Below, one piece after another: positions 18,420 to 28,057 of a stretch of DNA of 60,891 nucleotides. The stretch comes from an uncultured Oligoflexia bacterium. GTDB taxonomy: Bacteria; Bdellovibrionota; UBA1018; UBA923. The DNA lies in assembly GCA_964649095.1 (NCBI GenBank), contig CAZYPH010000001.1, forward strand, positions 1 to 60,891. Direction: 5' to 3'. The position numbers were made by a program, and so were the translations under genes. Position 1 is the stretch's first letter; each line of letters begins with the position of its first letter. The notes below the pieces were generated by a model, which was not told the DNA's origin, made no database searches, and was given only the letters and a program-made list of their open reading frames with translations.

Positions 18420-20189
18420 CTACCGCAACCACGTTGTTGGGTTATCAAATGACTCTTTATTTTTAACGTGCCCGAGTACCAATTGCAGCAAAGATTGGAG
18501 TCGCGATGACGTCCGACTTTCAATTCCCGTTCTGCGGTTACTAGCTAGAGCCATTTCCAAAATATGTTGTGCTAGGAGTTGAAGATTGACGCCGGAATGG
18601 GCCACACCCAACACCGCCTCATAACGTTCTCGGTTTATGACCAAATCAAGAACAACATTTAAAAGATGGGCTCTAAAGTTCGTAAAATCGGCTCTATAAA
18701 TAGCGGCGATTTGAGCCGCCAGGCGCTGTTCGAGGCTTAAAAGTGAGCCTGTAGGTTTCATCGAAAAAACCTGAACTAGGCGGCGCACAGCACGCCAAGC
18801 CTCGGCATTAACCCGACTTAAAGGCAACTCTATATAAGAAGGAGCCGGTATACTGGTACGACGCAATGCCCGCAGCCTAGAGCCAATCACTCCAGAAGAG
18901 CCACCTGTTTGTGGGAGCGCTCGAGTAAGGTCTCGTATAAAAAGTGGGCGCAACGTTTCAGGGTGGCTACTCAGGTCGCCCAACGCCACAAAACGGGGCA
19001 TCAAGGTTTGCAAGCCCAAATCAAACCGGACCACACGACCACGCCGCTCAAATAAATGAAAAAATCGAGCCTGAAGACGGAGTCGGGCTACCGCAGAGCG
19101 ACAACAGCGAAACTCCCCGGCCCTTTGTATAAGTTCTGAGGCCTCACGCCAAAAAGCAGCGTCGATTGTGGGGTGCACAGCATGGTCATGAGGGTCGCGA
19201 CCGGCTGCAATCTGCCAATATATGTCTAGCACACGCAGCGAGGGTAAAACGAACAACGGTTGTTGAGTAATTCGTTGCGCCAAACTTGTGGGAACCCCCG
19301 AGGTCAGCCCTCCGCCAATTTCACGAATCCAAACCCCCAATGGGCCGTTTAGCGTGCTGCCATCGCCTATTGGACCTGGGTTTCGAACAACACCAAAAAA
19401 TAAGTTCCCAAGGGGACCGACGGCGTAACGGTTCACCCAATCGGCAACCAAGGGATGGTCGGGCAAAGTATGGATAGCTACTTGCAAATCATGCGAAGGC
19501 AGTTGGACTATCGCCGCCTCAAACATAGCCAGTTGATCGGGTGACAAGCCACGATGACGACCATCATCTACACTTCGCAATTGCCCATCAAAACGCCCTG
19601 CGGCTGAAAACAGCCGGCGGTATACAGTTTTTAAGGAGCCGTTTTCGTCTAAAAGTGTATCCATCTCGAAGGCCCCCATCGGCGGCCAAGCGGGACCTGC
19701 GGGGTTTTGCTCGTGATCTCGAGCAAGCTCTGAGGAAAGCGTTGCAGAAACTCCCGTTAACAGTGTGTGGAACGCCCTTGGGAGTGCGGCGGCGGGAGGT
19801 AACCGCCGGTTCGAAACCCCGCCGGCCACAATGCGCTGTAGCGCATGCAACGTAGGTCCCAACATAGCCAATGCCTGCGATCGAGAGATCGGATCTGCGG
19901 ACGCGGCCTGTGTTGTAAATCGTAATGACGCAGCTTGCAGCTCGGCATCTAGCCTAGCGAACGGACCCAGCACAAAGTCTGTGCGAGGTCGTCGCGTAGC
20001 AACCTCTTCCGGCGTTAGAATGCGATCGCATAGGGGATCATCGAACGGGCCAGATGGTGATACCGGGTATGATAGATCCCGCAGTGCGGGTGAGCGTTCG
20101 AGTGCTTCGAAAAGTGTGGGCTTACCACCTTGCGGGCTGGCCTTGGTGGTATTGGGAAAGCATGTGAATAAAATAAAAGCGAATGACAA
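18420..20189 (-). CDS. secreted Arg/Ala/Leu-rich protein, unknown function (GC-richer than neighbours)
   Basis: The track ORF 18420..20399 reads through the tRNA-Leu gene. I trimmed it to TTG at 20189, which gives (M)SFAFILFTCFPNTTKA as a signal peptide. The start is uncertain and I recognise no family motif. Confidence 0.55.
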   Translation of the reverse strand: MSFAFILFTCFPNTTKASPQGGKPTLFEALERSPALRDLSYPVSPSGPFDDPLCDRILTPEEVATRRPRTDFVLGPFARLDAELQAASLRFTTQAASADPISRSQALAMLGPTLHALQRIVAGGVSNRRLPPAAALPRAFHTLLTGVSATLSSELARDHEQNPAGPAWPPMGAFEMDTLLDENGSLKTVYRRLFSAAGRFDGQLRSVDDGRHRGLSPDQLAMFEAAIVQLPSHDLQVAIHTLPDHPLVADWVNRYAVGPLGNLFFGVVRNPGPIGDGSTLNGPLGVWIREIGGGLTSGVPTSLAQRITQQPLFVLPSLRVLDIYWQIAAGRDPHDHAVHPTIDAAFWREASELIQRAGEFRCCRSAVARLRLQARFFHLFERRGRVVRFDLGLQTLMPRFVALGDLSSHPETLRPLFIRDLTRALPQTGGSSGVIGSRLRALRRTSIPAPSYIELPLSRVNAEAWRAVRRLVQVFSMKPTGSLLSLEQRLAAQIAAIYRADFTNFRAHLLNVVLDLVINRERYEAVLGVAHSGVNLQLLAQHILEMALASNRRTGIESRTSSRLQSLLQLVLGHVKNKESFDNPTTWLR

Positions 20190-20199
20190 ATAAAAGATT

Positions 20200-20285
20200 T
20201 GGTGCCGACGGAGGGACTTGAACCCCCACGCCTTTTGGGCACTAGGTCCTAAGCCTAGCGTGTCTGCCAATTTCACCACGTCGGC
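20200..20285 (-). tRNA. tRNA-Leu (anticodon UAG), type II with long variable arm, CCA encoded
   Basis: The reverse complement folds by hand: acceptor GCCGACG/CGTCGGC, D-arm GTG-AAATTGGCAGA-CAC, anticodon arm CTAGG-CTTAGGA-CCTAG, variable arm GCC-CAAAA-GGC, T-arm GGGGG-TTCAAGT-CCCTC, discriminator A, then CCA. Confidence 0.92.
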
Positions 20286-20584
20286 ACAAAGTTGACGCAA
20301 TAATCTTGAAATAGGAAAGCAGCTCAAGAACGTAATTTGATAGAATTTTCTCGAAGCAGCAATATAAAAAATGGCCAGTGTTGCGATTTTTGTTTTCATC
20401 CCAAGATATCCGCCTGTCGTCGCGAAAGAAATTAAGACTAACAGACTTTTCTATAAAGTTATAGCCAGCAGCCAAACACCTAGCCCAGGGGATGGAAAAC
20501 TTTATGCGCTCTTATGTTCACCTAACTTGTAACTTGTTTATCTCGCGATACTTACAGACGCACGACTCACACAGACCTGAAACC

Positions 20585-22516
20585 TTAAGCAGCGGCCTTT
20601 TTCTCGAGTTGTTTTATGTAGGCTAACATTTTACCGTTCTCAACCTTCAGTTTGGTTTCAGAGGCTTTGAGCTCGTCAGCGCGTCGACGCGTTTTTTCGA
20701 GATCTGTTTTTAATGATTTGATCATTTGACTTGCCTGCTCTAGCCGACGTTTTGACTCAGTATCTGCAGCAGATGTTGGAGCTGCTGATTTAGAACTATC
20801 TGAAGAAACAGGACTGGTTTTTATACTATTCTGCAATTGATTTACTTTATTCATGAGCTCACGATTTTGACGGCGCAACTCATCGAACTGTTTTGTCGCA
20901 CGGGCCTTGTCGTCTTGTAGCGCACGAATAGAAGTTCCCGCCAAAGCATTGTTCATTTCTTCTAATTGACGTTCGTTTAACTCGGCACGCCTTTTTACTG
21001 TGGCCATTTCTTTTTGACACTCGCCTTTAAGATTGGCCTCTTCTTGATATTTTTTAGTCATCTCGTCTAAGCGTCGCAGTGTTTTCTGTACCGTATCATT
21101 GGCTGTTTGCAGCATGTTCTCGGCCGCAAGTAATTTGGCTTCGGTAGTCGTCGATGAAACCGTCGGGGCGTTATTGTCAACCGCACTGGAGCGTAGGCGT
21201 TCAGAGTTGGCCAGAGCGGTCGCTAACGATTCTTTAGTTTTTTCGTAACTAAATCGTAGCTGACGGCATTCTTCAATTTGAACACGCACACGTTCACGTT
21301 CTTGTATGAGTTGTTGCTCTAAGTGCCCGATCTGTTTCTGAGCATGCGTCAGTTCGTTTTGCTGTTGGTCTTGCGAAGTTTCGATTTGATGTTCGTATTG
21401 GCGAAGCTGATTTTTAAGCTGGCGGATTTCGGCTAGAGCAGATTTTCTCTCCGCTACTACTTTGATCATTTTTAGGCGCGAAATATGCTGCGCTTGACGT
21501 TCGAATATCGCCTTGAGCTTGGTTGATAGCTTACGCACACTATCATTAAGTTGAACTTCGGACCAGTGGTGGCAATCAAGGCGCAGATCAATCGCCAAAA
21601 TTTGATCGACCATATTAAGGGCGTCGTTTGAAGACGAGAGGAGTTCAAGTCCGTCTTCTTGCCTGTCTGGCAGGCTATCCGCTGGCAAGTCTGAAGCTAG
21701 TACAATTTTTGGCTCGGGCGCTGCGATATTTGTGTTTGTACTTCGAACGACGACACTGGGCTCGGAATTTGCTGAATTTAGCGTTGTACGTGAGGTTACA
21801 TTTACGGACTCAGCTTGAGGCAGCACTCCAGAAGACCCGGATACGGTAACTAAGCCATCATCGCCCGGTTTATTATCGGGGGCCGCAATGTAGTTTGCAG
21901 CCGAGTCGGCTAAGACTTGCTCTTGTTCTAAAAATGACTTCACATCCGATAAACCCAACGGAGTCAGAACATGATCTGGCGCCGTGGTCTGGAGAGGTAC
22001 CACTTGAAATCCCGACTGCGATGGCCCTGCAAAAGGCACGACCCATCGAATGAAGATTCGGTGCGAAGTGGGATCGAACGCAAACTCGACCTTGCACTCT
22101 TGGGACAACTTCTTGAGATGAGTTAAAAGAGTTGCCTGATGATTATGAAATTTTTCGAAATCCACTAATGTGGACTGCACGATGATGACACCATCGTCAC
22201 TGGTACCAAATTCACAATCGAGTCCATTTAACGGGGATTGTTGACTTCGCAACGACCACAGCAGTGCGACCATTTGATCAAAGCTGTTACGTAAGTTGAA
22301 GACAAAGCTGTCGGCCAGCGTGGCCTCTTTAGATAACGTGAATACTAGCAAGTCGACGACGCGCCCCAAATGTATTACCGAAAATACACGTTCAAACCAG
22401 ATACGCTTAGGCGGGGCTTTAACGTGACTAGTGCCTTCATGAATGACCTGATGCGTTATTGCAAATAATTTTAGTTTAAGCTGAGACAGAGGAACCTCCG
22501 ATCTCAACTTGTACAT
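20585..22516 (-). CDS. long coiled-coil protein (globular N-domain, Pro/Ser/Asp linker, about 330-aa coiled coil)
   Basis: 643 aa. The C-terminal half is rich in heptad-like Q/E/K/L/R sequence (e.g. LKNQLRQYEHQIETSQDQQQNELTHAQKQIGHLEQQL). ATG at 22516. Confidence 0.7.
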   Translation of the reverse strand: MYKLRSEVPLSQLKLKLFAITHQVIHEGTSHVKAPPKRIWFERVFSVIHLGRVVDLLVFTLSKEATLADSFVFNLRNSFDQMVALLWSLRSQQSPLNGLDCEFGTSDDGVIIVQSTLVDFEKFHNHQATLLTHLKKLSQECKVEFAFDPTSHRIFIRWVVPFAGPSQSGFQVVPLQTTAPDHVLTPLGLSDVKSFLEQEQVLADSAANYIAAPDNKPGDDGLVTVSGSSGVLPQAESVNVTSRTTLNSANSEPSVVVRSTNTNIAAPEPKIVLASDLPADSLPDRQEDGLELLSSSNDALNMVDQILAIDLRLDCHHWSEVQLNDSVRKLSTKLKAIFERQAQHISRLKMIKVVAERKSALAEIRQLKNQLRQYEHQIETSQDQQQNELTHAQKQIGHLEQQLIQERERVRVQIEECRQLRFSYEKTKESLATALANSERLRSSAVDNNAPTVSSTTTEAKLLAAENMLQTANDTVQKTLRRLDEMTKKYQEEANLKGECQKEMATVKRRAELNERQLEEMNNALAGTSIRALQDDKARATKQFDELRRQNRELMNKVNQLQNSIKTSPVSSDSSKSAAPTSAADTESKRRLEQASQMIKSLKTDLEKTRRRADELKASETKLKVENGKMLAYIKQLEKKAAA

Positions 22517-23264
22517 AGTTTTTATTTACTCCATCGAATACATCTAAATATAGAGACGAATTGTCGCGAAGTCGTCTCAACCAATCTTCATGAGATGGGC
22601 TGCTAATAGGCTCGCGGGGTAATTGCAAAAAATAGGTCCAATAGTTTTTAAATTGTTGGCTTAAACACGCAGTATTTGTGGTGCCAGACCATAGCTCAAA
22701 AAGCGTATTAAAGGCCGTCAACTTTAAAGATTCAGATGTTTTTACAACATCATCATCTTCTGCTTCAGAAACCATTTCAGAGGTAGGCAAACCGACTGAC
22801 TGACTAAATATACTTAAGAGAGCCAACGCAAGATTATTGATGTCATGACTTGTTTGTGACGCATTTAATGCTTGGGCAAACCACTCGGTTTCGGCACGCA
22901 CTTTCGCAATTTTTTCAAAAGTTGGCAGTTCGGATTCTAAAATTATTTTTAACTGACGTGAGGTTTGTGACATTGCTGGAAACAACTCAGCCAGTGATTT
23001 ACTGTCGGAATAAATTGCATCAAACTTTTTTAATTTATTTAAAATAGATTCATTGAGATGTGTAAAGGGCTGAACCAACAAAACATACCGACTACTCTTT
23101 ATAAGCCGAACATACAGTCTACGCTCGCACAACTGCCCTGGAATCAGAGAACTGATTGCAACATGTACATAGGTTCGACCATCTGCTTGTGCTGCGACAG
23201 ATTCATCAACCGTACCTGCTGTACTTGCCGTATTTGTGTCTAAAGCTTTATTACTTTCGCTCAT
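22476..23264 (-). CDS. hypothetical cytoplasmic protein, upstream partner of the coiled-coil gene
   Basis: The ORF overlaps the downstream gene by 41 nt. I prefer ATG at 23264 (the track's GTG is at 23288). No family is recognised, only a faint resemblance to N-terminal domains seen ahead of HD-GYP proteins. Confidence 0.55.
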   Translation of the reverse strand: MSESNKALDTNTASTAGTVDESVAAQADGRTYVHVAISSLIPGQLCERRLYVRLIKSSRYVLLVQPFTHLNESILNKLKKFDAIYSDSKSLAELFPAMSQTSRQLKIILESELPTFEKIAKVRAETEWFAQALNASQTSHDINNLALALLSIFSQSVGLPTSEMVSEAEDDDVVKTSESLKLTAFNTLFELWSGTTNTACLSQQFKNYWTYFLQLPREPISSPSHEDWLRRLRDNSSLYLDVFDGVNKNYVQVEIGGSSVSA

Positions 23265-23365
23265 GAGATTCGACCTAAACTGATACACTAGTAGTTCGAC
23301 GCTTTAGGCACTCTGCTCAATGGGCAATTATGGACTTTTGTGACGAGGCTCTGTAATTTCAGAAC

Positions 23366-23761
23366 ATGAGTAAATTTTTTTTAGGGATTTTACGCTACGT
23401 ACTAGGCAAATTCGTACTGCTGATTAATTTTTTATGGCCGGTCAGCCGCATGCCGGAAGTATTGACACGGTCGCCTGAAGAGCAACAACGACTGGATGAT
23501 ATTTGCACCCAGCTAAAACTCTACCAATTTGAGTCGTGTCCGTTTTGTGTCAAAGTGCGTCGCGCGCTTAAGCGCCTTAATCTCAATATTGAACTTCGTG
23601 ATGCCAAGAACAATTCGCAATATCGTAGTGAGTTAGAGTCTCAAGGCGGCATGATACAAGTGCCGTGTTTGCGAATTACCGAAGAGTCGGGCGCCGTTCG
23701 TTGGCTTTATGAATCGGACGATATCATAGCCTATCTTACCGAGCTAACGACTCGCCTTTAA
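23366..23761 (+). CDS. membrane-anchored glutaredoxin-like protein
   Basis: N-terminal hydrophobic helix, followed by YQFESCPFCVKVRRAL (CPFC active site) and ...GGMIQVPCL. Confidence 0.75.
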   Translation: MSKFFLGILRYVLGKFVLLINFLWPVSRMPEVLTRSPEEQQRLDDICTQLKLYQFESCPFCVKVRRALKRLNLNIELRDAKNNSQYRSELESQGGMIQVPCLRITEESGAVRWLYESDDIIAYLTELTTRL

Positions 23762-25070
23762 GAACGGCCGTTGACGGTATATAACCGCCCTTAAATTGAC
23801 CCGAATACGGCATGCCATAATACGATAACCAGCGATCACGGTGGGCGTGCACATACGACAGCATCAAAACACTCGATAACAACTGCACAACAATAAAATA
23901 CGATGCGATGTAGCGCCTATAACTACCAGCACTCATAATCACCCACGCCAAAGTCAAAAACGGAATCGGAAAACAATTTAAGAAAAAATAGCGCTCGATA
24001 TTAATGGCCGATAAGGTAGCAATGCCCCCAAAGCCCACAAGACTGGCTGCTAACAAAAACTTGTGGTCATCGGGCGATCGCAACAAACGACCCACACCAC
24101 CCGAACGTTGTTTAAACCATTCGTAAACCACTTTTATCAGGGCACAAATGTACCATGTAAGCCCAAGAACAATCGCAAAGGCGACAAGTCCGCCCAGCGG
24201 AAATACATAGGGGTACTTCTTAAAATCAGCATACTCAGCACCCAAAACATAATGCACGCCGTAACCCACAGAATTACTTACCCAGTAGTTGTAAAACTTA
24301 AACATGAAGATACGGAGAGGATTTAAAATCATCGGCTCGCTAGCATTGTTAGCTTGCACCCACTTTAACCAAGGCAATAACGTAATTGAGGCCAGCATTG
24401 AGCCTAAGAACCAGTGTTTCCAAGATACGGCAGAGGCCGATTTCTTATTTCCAAACAGTGCGGTGTAAAGAAAAATTCCAAAGGCAAAATAACCACCGCT
24501 AAGATGAATTTGGGTTAACACACTACCCAAAACTCCCCAGCTGAACGCGCCAGCCCAGGCGCGATGTCGATGGCACCAAGCCCAAATATACAAAACCACA
24601 AAAGGGAAAAGCATCGAAGGCGCCCAAATTTTTCGATGCAAAGCAACCGCCAAGGGATTCACCATAAACAAGATACCAGCTAACAACCACAGGGACTCAT
24701 ACTGCGGCCAGCGCTTGGCAATGCAATTTCGAATAAAAAACCACAACAACACGAAGCCAATGAGATTTAAAACCACAACAAATAGCGAGCACTGCACGGG
24801 CGTAGAAAATTGAAATACTTTGCCTGCTAGAATGAAAATATTGAAACCCAATGGAGCATGCCTTAGGCCATTTGAACTATTCATTCCAATTGAACGCCAG
24901 CCCTCATGACCAGCCAGATTGGCTTCGATAGCGTGAAAGACTTCTCTTTCGTCGGCTTTATATTCAATATCGTTTATATATGTAATTCTTAATATGCATG
25001 CGAAAATAAACGCAACTATATAGCTATAACGCAACAGTTCATGAGGTTTTTTTGCATGCCTGATCACCAC
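23736..25070 (-). CDS. polytopic membrane protein, GT-C (ArnT/PMT-like) glycosyltransferase candidate
   Basis: About 12 TM helices, an acidic motif YKADERE after TM1, and Trp/aromatic-rich loops. It starts 4 nt after the oppF stop. Confidence 0.55.
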   Translation of the reverse strand: MVIRHAKKPHELLRYSYIVAFIFACILRITYINDIEYKADEREVFHAIEANLAGHEGWRSIGMNSSNGLRHAPLGFNIFILAGKVFQFSTPVQCSLFVVVLNLIGFVLLWFFIRNCIAKRWPQYESLWLLAGILFMVNPLAVALHRKIWAPSMLFPFVVLYIWAWCHRHRAWAGAFSWGVLGSVLTQIHLSGGYFAFGIFLYTALFGNKKSASAVSWKHWFLGSMLASITLLPWLKWVQANNASEPMILNPLRIFMFKFYNYWVSNSVGYGVHYVLGAEYADFKKYPYVFPLGGLVAFAIVLGLTWYICALIKVVYEWFKQRSGGVGRLLRSPDDHKFLLAASLVGFGGIATLSAINIERYFFLNCFPIPFLTLAWVIMSAGSYRRYIASYFIVVQLLSSVLMLSYVHAHRDRWLSYYGMPYSGQFKGGYIPSTAVLKGESLAR

Positions 25071-25073
25071 AAC

Positions 25074-26084
25074 TTATTTTCCCTCTAGTGGGTGAAAGCA
25101 TGCGACGCTGTGCCGATTATCTTTACCGCTGGACTTGAGCTCGGGCTCTGAAGCGCTGCATTCCGGTGTTGCATAACGACAACGAGGATGGAATCGACAC
25201 CCCGAAGGTGGGTTAAGCGGTGAAGGCACATCACCCTGAAGCACGATGCGTTGGCGCTGGTTATTGGTATCGACCGACGGAATCGCACTCAACAGGGCTT
25301 CGGTGTAAGGGTGTCGTGGGCTTTTGTACAGCGAATCGCCCGATGCTACTTCAACCATACTCCCAAGATACATAACGGCCACATGGTCACTCATGTGTTC
25401 AACGACCTTGAGGTCATGTGAAATAAACAGATAGGTCAGACCAAACTCTTTCTGAAGGTCGATCAACAAATTCAATACTTGAGCCTGAATAGAGACATCT
25501 AGAGCGCTTACAGGTTCATCACATACAATAAACTCAGGTTCGACCGCCAACGCACGGGCAATACAAATGCGCTGGCGCTGCCCGCCAGAAAACTCATGCG
25601 GATATCGATTGGTGGCGTCTTGCCGAAGGCCTACCAAATCTAACAAACTACGAATGCGTTTGTTCGGATCTTGCTGATGTAACTTATGCACCTGCAAAGG
25701 CTCGCGCAGAATATCGCCTACCGTCATACGAGGGTTTAAAGACGCATAAGGATCTTGAAATATAATCTGCATCTTACGCCTAAGACGACGCAAAACCTCG
25801 CCCTGAAACTGCGTAATATTTTCGCCATTAAAAATAATTTCGCCCGCTGTGGGCTCTAACAAACGAATGACACAACGACCCAACGTGGACTTTCCACAAC
25901 CAGACTCCCCAACCAAACCCATGGTCTGGCCGCGTTTAATAGAAAAGGAAACGTTGTTGACCGCAAACACATCGTTCGTCTTACGGGATAATAGCTTCTT
26001 TTCGCCCCGGTAAACCTTCGTCAAATTTTTGATTTCAATTAACGGCGTCTCTTCTTTCGATACTTTCAAATCACTTGTTGTCAT
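25074..26084 (-). CDS. oppF: oligopeptide/dipeptide ABC transporter ATP-binding protein
   Basis: Walker [10 protein letters not shown], signature FSGGQRQR, Walker B FIVCDEP, and a Cys-containing C-terminal Opp-type extension. Confidence 0.88.
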   Translation of the reverse strand: MTTSDLKVSKEETPLIEIKNLTKVYRGEKKLLSRKTNDVFAVNNVSFSIKRGQTMGLVGESGCGKSTLGRCVIRLLEPTAGEIIFNGENITQFQGEVLRRLRRKMQIIFQDPYASLNPRMTVGDILREPLQVHKLHQQDPNKRIRSLLDLVGLRQDATNRYPHEFSGGQRQRICIARALAVEPEFIVCDEPVSALDVSIQAQVLNLLIDLQKEFGLTYLFISHDLKVVEHMSDHVAVMYLGSMVEVASGDSLYKSPRHPYTEALLSAIPSVDTNNQRQRIVLQGDVPSPLNPPSGCRFHPRCRYATPECSASEPELKSSGKDNRHSVACFHPLEGK

Positions 26085-26119
26085 TGGTGCGTACCCTTTT
26101 TATCGGCCAACTAGTATGT

Positions 26120-27157
26120 TTACGAATTAACAAAACAGGCCTTTAAATGTTCGATGTTACTACCTGCGCTGGTCTGTAGGTCGGGCTCAGACTCACGACA
26201 ACGATCGACTACAAAGTTGCAGCGTGTTTGAAATCGACACCCCGTTGGCAAATCAGTCAAGGCCGGTACGATGCCGGGAATAGCCACGAGCTTTGGCCGT
26301 TCGCGTGGGCTCGAATAGGCATGCAACGCCTCTAGTTTGGGAATCGAACCTAACAAACCCTGCGTGTACGGATGTACCGGATTTCGAAAAAGCTCCTCGC
26401 GTGAGGTTCTTTCGACGATTTTACCTGCGTACATGACTGCAACATCATCACACGTCTGCGCAATGACCCCCAAATCATGTGTGATTAATAAAACTGCCAT
26501 TCCTAAGCGTTTTTGCAGAGATTTTAATAGATCTAAGATTTGAGCCTGAATCGTGACATCCAAAGCAGTTGTTGGTTCATCGGCAATCAGAATTTTGGGA
26601 TTATTGGCAAGCGCCATCGCAATCATAACGCGCTGTCTCATGCCTCCTGAGAGCTGATGGGGATAATCGTGAATGCGCTCTTCGGGGGAGGGAATGCCGA
26701 CGAGTTTAAACATTTCTACGGCACGAGCCAACCCAGCCTTTTTTGAGACTTTCTGATGGATACAGACCGTTTCAGCTACCTGAGCGCCCACAGTGTGCAC
26801 TGGATTCAACGACGTCATCGGCTCCTGAAAAATCATAGCAATATCGCCACCCCGAATCGCCTGCATACTTTCTATGGGCAACTTTAAGAGGTCTCGACCA
26901 CCATACAGAATTTCCCCCCCAATGATTTTTCCAGGAGGGCTAGCAATAAGCCGCAGAATAGACATCGACGTCACCGACTTACCACACCCCGACTCGCCCA
27001 CTAAACCCAACATTTGACCGGCTTTCAGATCGAAACTGACGCCGTCCACCGCATTGACGGTGCCCTGTTCTGTTTTAAACGAAGTCACTAAATTACGTAC
27101 TGATAAGACGATCGAACCATTAAGCGGACTATTACTTTCTGACATGACTGTAGCCAC
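26120..27157 (-). CDS. oppD: oligopeptide/dipeptide ABC transporter ATP-binding protein
   Basis: [29 protein letters not shown], and a C-terminal Opp-type extension. Confidence 0.88.
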   Translation of the reverse strand: MATVMSESNSPLNGSIVLSVRNLVTSFKTEQGTVNAVDGVSFDLKAGQMLGLVGESGCGKSVTSMSILRLIASPPGKIIGGEILYGGRDLLKLPIESMQAIRGGDIAMIFQEPMTSLNPVHTVGAQVAETVCIHQKVSKKAGLARAVEMFKLVGIPSPEERIHDYPHQLSGGMRQRVMIAMALANNPKILIADEPTTALDVTIQAQILDLLKSLQKRLGMAVLLITHDLGVIAQTCDDVAVMYAGKIVERTSREELFRNPVHPYTQGLLGSIPKLEALHAYSSPRERPKLVAIPGIVPALTDLPTGCRFQTRCNFVVDRCRESEPDLQTSAGSNIEHLKACFVNS

Positions 27158-28045
27158 CTATTTGTTTTTCAATTTTGGATCTAATGCATCTCGCAACGCA
27201 TCACCAAACAAGTTAAAGGCCAACACGACAAAAAACATAAATAGCGTAGCGCCTGCCAACTGCCACCAAACGCCTCGAGCAAGCTCTTGTTTTGCGTCGT
27301 CAATCATAATGCCCCACGAAGGCTGCCCCTGCACACCCAAACCAAGGTACGACAAAATTACTTCTGTTTTGATGGCAATCTGGAACTGCAAAGAAAAATT
27401 GATAATCACAACGTGTAGAACGTTGGGAAGAATGTGTTTAAAAATACGTTTGAAATGACTGACACCCATCGCTTCGGCGGCCAAAACATACTCACGATGT
27501 TTGTGTTTTAAAAACTCGCCTCGAATCAGTCGGCATAAACTAATCCAGCTTGTGACACCTAATGCGATGTACACCGACAAAAGACCTTTACCTAACAAAT
27601 AGGCAACAGCGACCAAGAGCATAATACTAGGGATTGAACTTACCGTGGTGTAAAACCACACAATAAGTTCATCAACCCACCCACCAAAATAGCCTGCCAA
27701 CGCGCCAAGCGAAACCCCAATTGGAATACTGATAAGCGCACTTACCAACCCCACGCTCATAGCAATTCGAGTGCCCTGCAGCAGTTTCAAAAACACACTA
27801 CGCCCAAAAAGATCGGTGCCAAACCAAAGGTTAACACTATCCAGCGAAGGTGGATGATAGGCTGGGGCAATCTCTAACTCCCACGTGCTACCAACCAAAC
27901 CAGACTTGGTTAAAAGCGCAATGGCAGAATAAACGACTATAATTACGAACGACATAAGAGCCAACTTGTCACGTCGTAAACGTATAATAGCATCCTGCCA
28001 CAATGATCTGGACTGTAGTTTTTTTGAATCGATTTTCTTTTGCAT
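27158..28045 (-). CDS. oppC: oligopeptide ABC transporter permease
   Basis: BPD-transport-type permease with about 6 TM helices, positioned between oppB and oppD. Confidence 0.85.
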   Translation of the reverse strand: MQKKIDSKKLQSRSLWQDAIIRLRRDKLALMSFVIIVVYSAIALLTKSGLVGSTWELEIAPAYHPPSLDSVNLWFGTDLFGRSVFLKLLQGTRIAMSVGLVSALISIPIGVSLGALAGYFGGWVDELIVWFYTTVSSIPSIMLLVAVAYLLGKGLLSVYIALGVTSWISLCRLIRGEFLKHKHREYVLAAEAMGVSHFKRIFKHILPNVLHVVIINFSLQFQIAIKTEVILSYLGLGVQGQPSWGIMIDDAKQELARGVWWQLAGATLFMFFVVLAFNLFGDALRDALDPKLKNK

Positions 28046-28057
28046 GAGAACGTGCCC

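Noticed and set aside
20190-20399. N-terminal 70 codons of the track ORF 18420..20399, and the ORFs 20242..20475 and 20015..20242
   Set aside because: They translate through or antisense to a canonical tRNA-Leu gene (20200..20285). The tRNA fold is far better supported than these reading frames.
20286-20584. A 53-codon + strand ORF (MASVAIFVFIPRYPP...) and a possible tRNA promoter (TTGAGC-N16/17-GATTAT on the minus strand) in the 299-nt gap
   Set aside because: The ORF has no SD and no recognisable features. The promoter hexamers are weak matches, so I did not list it as a feature.
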